DNA from: Takakia lepidozioides
Taxonomy: Eukaryota > Plantae > Bryophyta
Assembly (NCBI GenBank): GCA_030704615.1
Contig: CM060734.1
Span: 61,876,001 to 61,940,000, forward strand
DNA: 64,000 bases
Reading direction: 5' to 3'
The notes beneath the pieces are model-generated. The model did no database searches, was not told the origin of the DNA, and was given only the letters and a program-made list of their open reading frames with translations. This document shows positions 35,394-47,747 of this stretch, piece after piece. The position numbers were made by a program, and so were the translations under genes. The number at the start of each line of letters is the position of its first letter. Within the stretch, counting starts at the first letter, position 1.

Positions 35394-36680
35394 GCTAATT
35401 TATATGTGAAATCTGTAGAAATTGACACGATTCAGGTCGCGTTGTCGTTTAGGGATTAAGTCATGCCATGTTTGACCCTTTGATCCATCCCCACATGCCA
35501 TTCCGGGTGGGCAGTTTGAGTCTATCCGTTAAGTCAAGGGAACTGGGCACCAGCAGAAGAAAGTGGGGTCATGCGAGCCTGCAAGTAACATTGGTCTTGT
35601 GCTAGGTATTGGGAAGGGTCAATTAGTAGGAAGGAGCTTGCAAGTAGCATTGGCCCTATGCTTGGGAGGGGTCAACAAGGTTAGTTTTTCCATGAGCACA
35701 GACCCTAATTTTTGTGAGTGGAGTCTGCCGAACATGGTATAATATTGTGTTTCATAGGGCCCACCCCCGAAAGGGGGCACTAGTCGCAAGGTGAAGTGGC
35801 TCTTAGTTACACCGGCTTCTGCCGTAGTCCTCTCTCTCTCTCTCTATCTCTCTCTAATATTGTGTTCAAAGGAATATTCTTCACAAAAAAATTCCCAAGC
35901 CTGTGCCGAGCTTGTGCCGAACCAAACTGTGGAATAAATAAAAATCCCTAAGTTACAATATAGTAGGTTCGGACAACTGCTGAGCCAATAGCACTGTTCG
36001 GCGCCTAATAGGATGGGCACCTACTTTTCTTCGCATCTAACGTAAAAATAAAATAAAATTTTAAATTTTTTGGCTTTGCATGTGTCAAGTCAGGTTTGGC
36101 GCCGTACCTTAACCCTTTGAGGCGTTTCAAATTTGCGGTTATATGTGCTATAATAAAATTGTAGTTAACCAATAAAATCATTGTTTTTCTTTTAAGTCAA
36201 GGTCATGGATTTGTTTCACATCTACAATATCTTGAGTCCAAAATCGGGATCCCTAAGCTGCCTGAACTTATCCCCTCATAAGCTTGACTTGGAGGGAGCG
36301 GAAAAAATAATATATATATTTTTCTTTCAAGCGCGACATGGTGTCACATCCCAAAAAGGCCGAATTATTGGCCTGGCCCAGCCTTATCGTCATCATTACC
36401 AAAGCGCTGCGCGACGGATCTACCAGGATTCGGACTTTCAAGGAAGGATCAACGTGATGGCAGCGTGGGCCCACGTCCAAGCGTAGGGCCACAGGCCAAG
36501 AGGGAAGCCTGGAGAAAGATGGATCAAACGCGTTTGAGCTACTTTTTCTTACTATTTTGAGTTTCGCCCTCCCTTTATTTTGCTTGTATTTTGCTCGCCC
36601 GCTCTTTTTGATATTCATTGACATTCATCCTGTCTTTTGGCCAAACTTGCCAAACTCCTTGAGCACCCCCCTCGACTTAA

Positions 36681-37885
36681 CCCTTAAGTGTCAAACCGAC
36701 CCAATTGGGTCGGTTAGGTTTCTTTAACCAGCCATAACTTCCTGTATTGGCCTTTTTTTTGGCTCAATCGACAGATAATCGGGTCCCCCTTCATATGGCA
36801 TTGGCCAATTGGTCAATGCCTGAAGGGGTATGGGTCTGGACCAATTGGAAGGGGGCACACTCAGCTTTTTGAGGCCAATTTGGCCCCCCTAACCTGCCCA
36901 AGTTGCTGACATGGCAACTGCGGTCAGGTTAGGGTGACTGACAGATACCCCATAAAGGTTAGGGCGGCAAACCCCTTGATCGCCCGGCAGGGGCATGGCG
37001 CCCGGCGCAGGTCTGGTCATTCCCAGGCCCGGGCCCTAGCCTGAATCGACGGCGATGGCAGCTCCGGTGAACGCCATGCAGGGCGGGCTGGAGGGAGTGC
37101 AGCCGCGATGGCGGCAGAGCTCGGGCCTCGAGAAAAACGCCAGGAGGGGTGGGCCAAACCTAGGGCGGGGGGTTTGAGAGGGTTGAGGGTGGAGTGGCCC
37201 CCCATGAAAGCAGGGCCGGGTAAGCGAGAGGAGCTCCCAAGCCCCGTGCCCTTCTGGGCTATGGCTCCAAATATCCTAGGCCTGCAGGCTATAACATAGG
37301 TGTGCCATTTGAAGTCTTGGGCAGGGAACCTAAAGATCTGAGGGCAGTTATCGATTGGTCCCAAAAACTTTTGGGATCTCATATGGATGTTCATGACACT
37401 TCAACCGGAGGGATTAGGAATTGAACGGCTGAATTTGTTTGTATAATTTTATGAAGAGATATTTTGGCCTGCCCAAAGAAAATGGCATATTTTGACCCCC
37501 CAATTTGTCACTACAAAGGAGCCCACTTGAGAACATTTCAGAAAAAACTGAAATTTTATGAGAATGTGTGTTATCAGGTATGGAACAACATTCTTGAGAC
37601 TCTCAAACAGAAAAAATTAAAAATGCCCAAATACGAGCAAAAAACTGCTTTTTTTGGCACCTAGTTCTTAGTGGAGATTTCCTTATGTCCCCACTCTACA
37701 CTTCATAATCTTCAGATCTGGCAGTTGGATTTTGGTGAAACTTTTTGTGGTAGGAGGTGGGGTAGGTGGGAAGTAATTCCAACGGTCAGTTTTACAGGGA
37801 CACAGAGATTCTATAGTTTTTTCTTTTGTGGGCCAGGGTCATGTTTTTCCACGAGAGGGTGAAAATGAGTTTTGACACTTAAGGG
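36681..37885. mobile_element. piggyBac-like non-autonomous element 1
   Basis: TTAA|CCCTTAAGTGTCAAA ... TTTGACACTTAAGGG|CTAA: perfect 15-bp TIR. Confidence 0.75.
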
Positions 37886-37889
37886 CTAA

Positions 37890-39653
37890 CCCTTAAGTGT
37901 CTGGGCCCATTTTTCACCACATGATGTGTAAGAAGATCCTGGCCCACTTAATCTTTTTTTATCTCCTAGATTTATGAGTCTTTGTAAAAGTGACCGTTAC
38001 TGCCCGCCTACCCAATCTATTACCTCAAACCATTTCAGTCATATCCAACTGCTAGATTAGGCCCCCACCGCACCGGGCTGTTAGCGTAGAACACCTGCTA
38101 ACGGTTAGCAGGCCCGATTTCATAACAGCTGCTCCAACTAACAATATCCCTGCCGCACCAACATTTTAGCTTAACATGTTTTAAGTGCATATTGTTAGTT
38201 TTAAACATGCGTTCGCCTGCCCTGCCCGACTTCCTCTCGCCATATTCTCGCGCCTCCTTTCTTTTCGCCATAGCCAAAGGAGCAACGACGAGACAAGAGG
38301 AGACAAGATCATGAGCTAGGAGCACAATACTGCACATTACTCGAGGCTTTCAAAGGCGAATGGGAACGGCGATGGCAGAGAATGGCATGGGCATCTGCCC
38401 AAAAACGGCACGCCTGTTTAGATTTAGCACTAGGGGCGGGGGTAGTGCTAGATTCGCTCTAAAGTAGGAAGGAAGTTCTTAGGATAGATAACTATAGTTA
38501 TGGCTAAAACATTTTAAACATGTTAGTGCGGCCGCAATTTTCTATGTAGCAGTAGTTAGTAGGAGTGTAGCAGGCGATAGCAGGCTGGTGCGGCAGGGGC
38601 CTTAGAAGATTATAATATTCAGGTGTGGTCCTAAACATCAGGAGCTTAAGAAACTAAGAAATCTACCAAATTTGGGCAATCACGGTATGAGAGCCTTGGG
38701 AATTGTGTAGAGTCACATGATGACACACCTTCCCTAAAATTTTCACTTGTTTCTGACCTGTTTTCGTGTGGGCTGCTTTGTACTCCTGAATGGGGGGAGG
38801 GGGGGGGGTTGTGTCAAAAAACCCAATTTGCAGCAACATTTGGGCTGCAGAAATTAAGTAGGACAAATCTATTGTCCAATTTACAATCGATGTGGTCCGT
38901 GTCATCCTTGCAAAGGTTGTTCTAGAAAAAAATTTAATCCAATCGGGCAATATTTTAGGCTATTTTGGGGCCCTGCCCGATACTTCCCGGCCCATTATAT
39001 ATTTTAGCCTGCAGCCCTACAATATTTCCTATTCTTAGCCCTTGTACCTGGCGGGTTTTGAGACCTTTTCGCCACCCGTTCTGCTCATGCAGGGGATGAG
39101 GTGGGCTGGTGGACACGTGGACACCGCTACTGGGCAGAACCCTTTGAGCAGGTTTTGTGCCACCCCTCCTTTCACCAGCCCATCTCCTCTACCCACCCCG
39201 CACATTCATGGGTAGCTTGTCCCCCCAAACCTTCACATTGTCACAGGGTGCAGAACGTCCAGAGCCCTCCATGTGCTTTGGACCAAGCCTATCTACCGCC
39301 CAATCCTCGGGTGTCTGCCATGCCGGCTGCTGTGCATTCATGGGGGTATTGGGATGCCTGTGGGGCTAGTCCTTAGGGTGGAAACTGGAAACCTTTCCCC
39401 TAACCTCACCGCTATTGCCATGCGAGCAACTCCAACAAGATGACTCCGTAAAACATGCCAGACAAGCTGAATTAGGGGGATCTTACTCCACGTATAATTT
39501 TTTTTTTTGAAGATTGGCCATTGTCATTGTGTGTAAAATATTTTTTCTTACGTAATGAGTAAAAATTGACCCAAATAGGAGTTAATCCCAGGAAGAACTG
39601 GATGGTTCAAAAGACCTCACCGTTCGCGTTTTGGGTGGGTTTGACACTTAAGG
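37890..39653. mobile_element. piggyBac-like non-autonomous element 2, abutting element 1
   Basis: CTAA|CCCTTAAGTGTC ... GACACTTAAGG|TTAA. Confidence 0.65.
38060..38601. mobile_element. PIF/Harbinger (Tourist-like) MITE
   Basis: TTA TSD on both sides; TIRs GGCCCCCACCGCACC / GGTGCGGCAGGGGCC. Confidence 0.8.
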
Positions 39654-40078
39654 TTAACGGATAACTTTAGTGTCTCTTTGTCATTTGGTGTGCTAAACAA
39701 AAAAGTATGACGCCTCCCCAAGGAAGCGTAACTGATGGTGTCTCTTCACCACAAGGGCCACTGACTTCTAGCTGAAAGGTGGACACCTTCATGACACACC
39801 AGACCGTGATTTGAACCCACAACCACATCCAACGTGGTATGTGCCCATTATCGCTGGGCTACATGCTGGTTGTCTTGGTGTGCTATTAGTATATACGTTG
39901 CCTGGAAGAGCTTCTGTATGCTGGCGCTCTTCTCTAGAAGAGCATCTGGCATATTATAGAGGAGCCCATCTGAGGCTTGTTTGGATTGTATCTTCTTCAC
40001 TTTGATCTTTCTAAGAGCAAACCTAAGACGCGCTGCAAGAGAGAGGCGGAAAGCATCGGGATCAGTATAGATAAGTCT

Positions 40079-41893
40079 ATGGATTCAAACAAAGCTGGCC
40101 GGGAAATTACAGTTTCGAATTTGAAGGAAGAAAAGATTGACGAGAGTAGAAGGGCAATGCAAGTAGTGTTTGAGCTAGCAACGAGCTGGGCCTTTCCTGC
40201 AGCCTTGGAGTGTGTCTTAAGACTTGATGTCCCCGATATCCTCGCAGCTTCGGGACCCGACGGACCAGCTATGTCTGCGCAAGAAATATTGACGCACATG
40301 CCCAGTAGATCCGACCATGCAAGCCCACAAAATCTAGAGCGCCTTCTTCGGATTCTGGCTTGCAAGGGCGTCTTCACTGAATTTTGTGCAGATACTGCTG
40401 CAGACTGCAAGCCTGGAGCGCTTGAGAGACGGCGCTTTGGCTTAACACCCATATCCAGAGCTCTGATTAGAAAACAGTCGGGTAGCACGTACGGCAATTT
40501 TGCTCTGTTTCTTCTAAGGAAGGAGTTCGATGACGCAAAACAATTTTTGAGTGCTGCAGTTTCAAGTTCAGAGGAGCCCTTTGCCAAGGCACATGGTAAT
40601 CATATTTTTGAGTATTGTGCAGTCAACCCAGCATTTAACAATCCCTTTCAAGCCGCGATGTCAGATGAAAGCAATCGAATTATGGCTGAGCTATTGGACA
40701 AGTATACTGGATTTAAGGATGTAGACAGATTGGTGGATGTTGGGGGAGGTCTAGGGACAACTCTGGCGGGAATTTTGGAGCGATACCCGCACATCCATGG
40801 CATCAATTTCGATCTCCCTCATGTAGTGGCTCATGCGCCCCCGATTACTGGTATAGTTACTACACTTGAAGCAGAATAGAAGCACCTTCTGCAAAGGGTG
40901 AAATATACTCGTATTTTAAGTCTAACTAGTGCACGTTCGTCAGATCTATCTCTGATTTGCTGACTGGTTAGTAGTGGTGCAAAGGAATGCAATGTCGGCA
41001 CAACTGTGTACTATGATTCAGTTAACGAGGAGGGTGTACTGCACACGCCAGTCCACATAGTAGTTTTTGTAGACGATGCGGCCAAGTCTAATGAATGTTT
41101 AGTAGTGCACGGCATAGGTACGTAGCAGTGGATGCAGACACACAGCTTGCATATTTAGGGTGGATTTCAAGTGCGAGGCTGTAAGGTAAGAAACCCGAAG
41201 GAACGCCACTTGGATCGAAAGAGGCTGTCACCCAGTCAGCACGATGATTCTCCTGAGTAGGTCTGATCTGGGGATGGCTGCAGGTGTGGAGCATGTGGCA
41301 GGTGACATGTTCGAGAGTGTTCCAAGCGGTTGCGATGCAGCGTTATTTAAAGTACACTATTCCGAGTTCCCCCTCTTATTTTCAACATTTGGTCTTAATA
41401 ATCATTTGCCGACTCTAGTCATATGCAAGGACTCGATGCAATTAGTCTGAGGACTTGTATACATATGTACGCAGAACCACAAATGTACATTATACTGGCA
41501 TTTAGCTCTAGGATCCAAACTGATTGCTCACCTTGAAGCTCAGACGAGGTTCTGGAGATCTACTTGATAGTCGATGTGATGGTTATGGGGCAGGTGACTA
41601 TGCACGACTGGGACGATGCCCACTGCGTGAAGGTGCTCCAGAATTGCTATAAGGCTCTTCCGCCAAACGGGAAAGTAATCATGGTGGAATGTTTACTACC
41701 AGACAAGATCCCTTCACAATCGACCTCGAACGACCTATGCGCTTTTCAGATGGATACGATCATGATGATCGTCACTTCTGGTGGCCGCGAAAGGAACACA
41801 GTCGAGTTTAGGCAGCTCGCTTCTGAGGCAGGGTTTACAAAGCTTCAAGTAACAAAACTGGATTTCGTCGCTGTCATGGAGGCTTCCAAGTGA
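40079..41893 (+). CDS. COMT-like SAM-dependent O-methyltransferase, 3 exons (40079-40850, 41284-41351, 41594-41893), 379 aa
   Basis: LVDVGGGLG, GINFDLPHVV, GVEHVAGDMF, HDWDD and GGRER motifs. GT-AG introns give an intact 1140-nt frame. Confidence 0.95.
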
Positions 41894-43149
41894 GATTGGA
41901 TTTGCGAGCACCAAAACTGTGGCTGCTGCCACACGGGGTGGAGTCCTAAAGTTGTTGTTTATCCCGCACTTGCCGCCCAAGTCTGTACACACTCGTTGCA
42001 GAAAGAAGACTCAGGCCGAACTAACTTGAGCCACTTCGCTTGTTGGGAAAAGTCTTTTTTGTTTTGTTTTTGTGAAGGAAAACAGAGGCCCGAGGCCCTG
42101 CAGTACTTTGAGCCCCCTTTGAGCCCCCTTTCCCCTCAAGCCAAAAAGGCCCGCCTGTGACAAACACCTCCGGATCCAATACTGGGGATTGCATTGTGTC
42201 ATCCAGTGTTGGGGAATTCCTTAGATATTATAATTTCCAGTGGTTCTGTCTATACGTACCCATTCAAAAAAATATATATACACACACACCCCTTGTTGGA
42301 AATCAACTCTCTACTCAAAGTGACGATAGGTCACGGCACTGGTTTAAGTCACCCAGAGCTAAGCCTCAGTTAGTTTCAGTAATTGGTAGTTGGAAATAAC
42401 TCAACTTGAGCATGCAGTTATGCTACATTTATCTGAGCTATTCTTGGAATAGACTTTGAGTATACATAGGGAGAGCTCACAGTGTGATACACAGGTTGTT
42501 GTGGTCGTATGGTTGGGTGGAGAGCTCTCAAGTAAACAGTTTTATCTTTCATCCCTATTATTCTATGTCGAATTCCAACACACCTTGGCAGTCATTTCTT
42601 TTCTAGTCCAAAAAACTTCCAGAGCAGGCTAATGTTTTCCTTTCCCTTACTGGTTGTGTTATGTTCAGGTTTTGATAGTGTTGGGTACCCATCAGTTGTT
42701 CTCCAAAACATTTCTTCCGGATAACCTACCAACTCAGATAACCAAGGGCTGCAAGTGGTTATACACTTGGACATGCAAATATTGCAAGCAAGATGGATAC
42801 CCTGTAAACTACAAAATTGCAAGACATATGCACTAATTAAAAGCCCGACTTGGATGCAATCATCAATTGCCCTCACAACTTCAGCATGCAAGGATTCTTT
42901 TTCAGAACAATGCCTGAGTTCGAAAACTAAGCACCAACATAACCAAGCGCTCTTGGCAGGTCAATTATAATTTTGATAACCTTTAATATATATATATACA
43001 TTTAACTGGTATAACCGGCAATGACATCAGTTTTTTCCAGGCGCTCCTTCGACACAAATTATGAAAAAGTTTATAAAATTTATGGGAAATACCCGGGAGC
43101 CACTCGTCACAAATCAGGCCCCTTAATTATAGTGAGAGGAGAAAATAAC

Positions 43150-44196
43150 CATAGGTGGGTGGATATAGAGTGATCCGGATATCAAAATCCGGTCCAAAAC
43201 AGCCCTCACGGATGAGGGTATATCTCCCAGCTAACAAACATCCACAGGGATGAACCGTATGAAAGGAAGCCTACCTACCTCATGCACCTGCTGTAAAAAT
43301 TCCAGCCCATTTCACCGTGTCATTAGGAAGATGATAACAAAATGGTAAGCGCTAAATCTGTAGTATACTCCAATTTTAGAAGGAAAAATTGGTTTCACCA
43401 GACAATTGGTCCAAAAAACAAAATTCCCTGCAAGACCCCACCCACATTCCAATTCTGAGGCACCTAAAGCATCTTTCCCCCAATTTGCAGAGCAGAATTC
43501 CAAAATCTGCATAGGGTTGCTTTGTATGGGAAAACAGGGGGGTCAAAAAGCACCATTGTGGATACCAGTGTATCCGGATCCGGGTCCGGCAGCTATTTGA
43601 TATCCGGCTATTATTTATATCCGGCGGATAAATAAAACAGGGGATCCGGATAGAATCCTACCCGCCGGATATAAAAAAGATTAATAACCGGATTGTATCC
43701 GGGTATGTAGGAAAAATACGGGATCTCAACCAAATACAAGAAATATTAATAAACTATTAATAAAAGGTAAAATATTAATAAAATAATTTATTAGAATTAT
43801 AATGATTTAAATTGATTAAATGAAAAAATTAAAAGATTATTTTTATGATTCATATATCTGGATTACTCTATAACCGCCAGATATTATAATCTAAATATCC
43901 GGACTTATTTATATCCGGCAGATTTAAAAAAACTTCCACTATGCATAACCGGCGGATATTAGAAATGCAGATTATTCTTTTTTTATTAAAAAAAATAGTC
44001 CAACTCTTTTTTATTTCTTACCTCTTATAACAGGAAGGTGGACACCTTCATGGCCACCAGACGGTGGTTTGAACCCACAACTTCATCCAACCACATCCAA
44101 CGTGGTATGTGCCCATTGCGATTATTCTAATATCCGGATCCCCAGGATATATCCTTCTCTAATTTGTCAAGTATCCGGACCCGGCGCCCAACACTG
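43150..44196. mobile_element. hAT-like non-autonomous element with ATCCGG subterminal repeats
   Basis: 8-bp TSD AAAATAAC at 43142-43149 and 44197-44204; CA...TG ends; many ATCCGG/CCGGAT motifs. Confidence 0.75.
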
Positions 44197-44690
44197 AAAA
44201 TAACCTCTTTCATGGTAACCTCGCGGCTCGGCGCCAAGCACAAGGCTCAGGGGACACCGCCCAAGGGAAGGGGGAGAAGATTATACCACATCCCGCAAGG
44301 TAGCAGGATTTGAACGCAAGGGAAGGGGGAGAAGATTATACCACATCCGGCAAGGTAGCAGGATTTGAACGCAGAATCACCACTGCTCTAACCGACCGAG
44401 GACTGACTGGTGGTTCTTTATAAAATGAGGGGAAGCTTGTTTATTAGGCTTTATTTTTACTCTTGTACAGATAAATGTTCAATAGGAGAGGCAAATCAGC
44501 TGGGGCCAATCTAGAGGGCCGGCCTTTCTATCCACAGGACGGACAGTCTCGGCGAATAGCCAAGTCCCGTGAGCCTCAGTAGTAAACACAATTATTCCTC
44601 CCCCTGGCTTACACTACAATCAATCTTGAATTCAGGTGATCTCAATATACTTTTCAAAAGTATAGCTCGCACTCCCAGCTGGATAGAATT

Positions 44691-47600
44691 CTACTCTCCA
44701 CAAGAGCAAACCTCCATCTTCGAAGTGGTGAAAGCGGTTGGCATCCTGTACCACAATTGATCGCCCAACAATTCTTGAGATGAACTTGGTGCCAGCCTCT
44801 CACTGTGGTGGGAAAGAGAAAATTCTTTTTGCTCCTCATCCATATCGTGCAATACAGAGTGTGTGTTGGGGACGTACCCGGCCTCCTCCATCTACCGAGA
44901 CAACCTTCTCAGCTCAGCACGGATTTCCTTAATATTCGTGGAAGCAATTTTTCATCTACCACAAATGTATGCAGACCATTGCCAATCTCAATCCAGCAAC
45001 AACCAGGCTCCTTTTTGACACCTCTGACGTTCATTATATTTCTCACCTTGCAGTATCATCCCACCTCCCAGCTGTGGCATATATGTTTGACAGCAACACG
45101 TAAGTTGCAGCGTCCTGTTGATCGAAAATAGATTTTGCTGCGCGTTCTGCCACCTCCACATTGCCATGAACTCTGCAGGCACCAAGCAAGGCCTTCCACA
45201 CCACAGCATCCGGTTTGATTGACATTTTGTTAATGAAGTCCTCTGCCTCATCCAGCTGCCCTGAACGGCCGAGAAGGTCCACCATGCAGCCAAAGTGCTC
45301 CACTTTAGGAGTGAGGCCGTGCTCTTGGCTCAGGCATGCGAAGTAGTGTCTGCCTTCATCCACTAGGCCAACGTGGCTACATACACAGAGAACAGATATA
45401 AAGGTGACACCGTCAGGCTTCAAGCGTTCCTTTTGCATTTCTTCAAACAGTTGCAGAGCCTCCCTATGACAACCATGCTGAGCATATCCTGCGATCATTG
45501 CATTCCATGACACCACATTTCGTTCCACCATATTGTCAAACACTCCCTTTGCATCTTTGATGCTGCCGCATTTTGCATACATGTCCACAAGGGTATTCTC
45601 CAGAATTAGATCTGGGATAGTTCCAGCTTTCATGATACCAGCATGGACCTCTTTGCCCTTTTCCAGGGCTGCTAGGCTTGCACACCCATTGCAAGCACAA
45701 ACAAAGGTAACCTGGTCTGGCTTCATCCCTTCCCACAGAATTTGCTCATAGGTCTCCAAAGCCTCCAGACCACACCCATGCTGGGCATATCCAGCAATCA
45801 TGGCATTCCATGAAAATACATTTCGCTCAGCCATTTTGCCAAACACTCCCTTTGCATCCTCATACTCCCGCATTTGGCATACATGTCCACAAGGGTATTG
45901 TTCAGACTCATATCTGGTACAATTCCAGCTTTCATGATGTCAGCATGTACCTCTTTGCCCTTTTCCAAGGCTGCCAGGCTAGCACAAGCATTTCAAACAC
46001 AAACAAACGTCACCTGGTCGGGCTTCACCCCTTCCTGAATCATTTGGTCATGTCTCCAAAGCCTCCATCCCACAACCAAGCTGGGCATATCCTGTGATCA
46101 TTGCATTCCATGCCACAACATCTCGTTCACCCATATTGTCGAACACTCCCTTGCATCCTTGATGCTACCGCATTTGGCATACATGTCCATGAGGGTAGTG
46201 TCCAGAATGATATTTGGTACAATTCCAGCTTTTACAATATTGGCATGGACCTCTTTCCCCTTTTCCAGGGCTACCAGACTGGCACACGCATTGCAAACGG
46301 AAACGAACGTGACCTGGTTGGGCTTCACCCCTTCCCGCATCATTTGGTCATACATCTCCAAAGCCTTCATCCCACACCCATGCTGGGAATATCCTGTGAT
46401 CATTGCACTCCATGAGACAACATCTTGTTCAGCCATACTGTCAGACACTCCCTTTGCATCCTCAATGCTCCCACATTTGGCATACATGTCCACGAGGGTA
46501 GTGTCCAGAATCATATCTGGTGCAACTCCAGCTTTCATGATGGTAGCATGGATCTCTTTGCCCTTTTCCAGAGCTGCTAGGCTGGCACACGCCTTGAGAA
46601 CGCAAATAAATGTCACCTGGTTGGGCTTTACCCGTTCCTGCATCATTTGGTCATAGGTCTCTAAAGCCTCCATACCACACCCATGCTGGGCATATCCTGC
46701 GATCATCACATTCCATGACACCACATCTCATTCAACCATATTGTCGAATACTCGTTTTGCATTCTTGATGCTTCCGCATTTAGCATACATGTCCACAAGG
46801 GTATTGTCCAGAACGACTACTCCTACAATTCCAGCTTTCATAATGGCAGCATGAACCGATTTGCCCTTTTCCAGGGCTGCCAGGCTTGCACATCCATTGC
46901 AAACACCAACAAATGTGACCTGGTTAGGTTTAACTCCTACCTGCTTCATTTTCTCATAGATCTCCAAAGCCTCCATCCCACACCCATGCTGGGCATATCC
47001 TGCGATCATCACATTCCATGAGACGACATCTTGTTGAGTCATACTGTCGAATACTTGCTTTGCATCCTTGATGCTGCCACATTTGGCATACATATCCACA
47101 AGCGCAGTGTCCAGAATCACATTTCGCACAATTCCAGATCTCATGATGTCAGCATAGACTCCTTTGCCCTTTTCCACATCTGCCAGGCTGGCACATGCCT
47201 TGAGCATGCAAATGAACAAGACCTGGTCGGGTGTCACCCCTTCCTGTAGCATTAGCTCATAGGTCGCAAAGGCCATCTTACTACAGCCATGCTTGGTATA
47301 TCCTGCCATCATTATACTCCATGAAGACATATTCCGTTCAGGCATTTTGTCAAACACTCCCTGTGCTTCCACGATGCTCCCACATTTGACATACATGTTC
47401 ACAAGTGTGTTTTGTAGAAAAACATTTGGCTTGAATCCACTTCGGATAATGTGGGCATGGACCTGCTTTCCCGCTGCTAGGCCTTTCATCTTCAGGCATA
47501 AGTTGCAGAGTCTGCAAAAATGCTTCCCTGGTTCAAAAGGTGCAGAGCCTCTTTCAATTGTCCTGCCTCACATAGTACCCTCACATGCCTGCATGTGCCA

Positions 47601-47747
47601 GAAGTTATCTTGTGCACTCTCTTGGTGCTCTTTCAGAAGCAGTGGTCCTGGTGGAAGAGCACGATTCAACAGACCGTTGTATTGCTGCTGCTTCCTTTTG
47701 ACCATCTATCAGTTCGCAATTCTTGTAGCTATCAGTCCAAAGTGCAT
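44691..47747 (-). pseudogene. PLS-class PPR-E-DYW RNA-editing factor pseudogene
   Basis: Repeated LVDMYAKCG / VVSWNxMIAGYAQHG / KPxQVTFV triplets, E domain (WKALLGACRVHG) and DYW start GYVP..HHSERLA. Multiple frameshifts and an internal DYW deletion. Start approximate. Confidence 0.9.

Noticed and set aside
36109-36125. TTAA-CCCTTTGAGGCG as a third piggyBac-like end
   Set aside because: No matching inverted partner found in the window.
39977-40078. TTG-started N-terminal extension of the OMT ORF (likewise 55909 and 55622 starts)
   Set aside because: Eukaryotic genes; the in-frame ATGs at 40079, 56029 and 55592 are the plausible starts.
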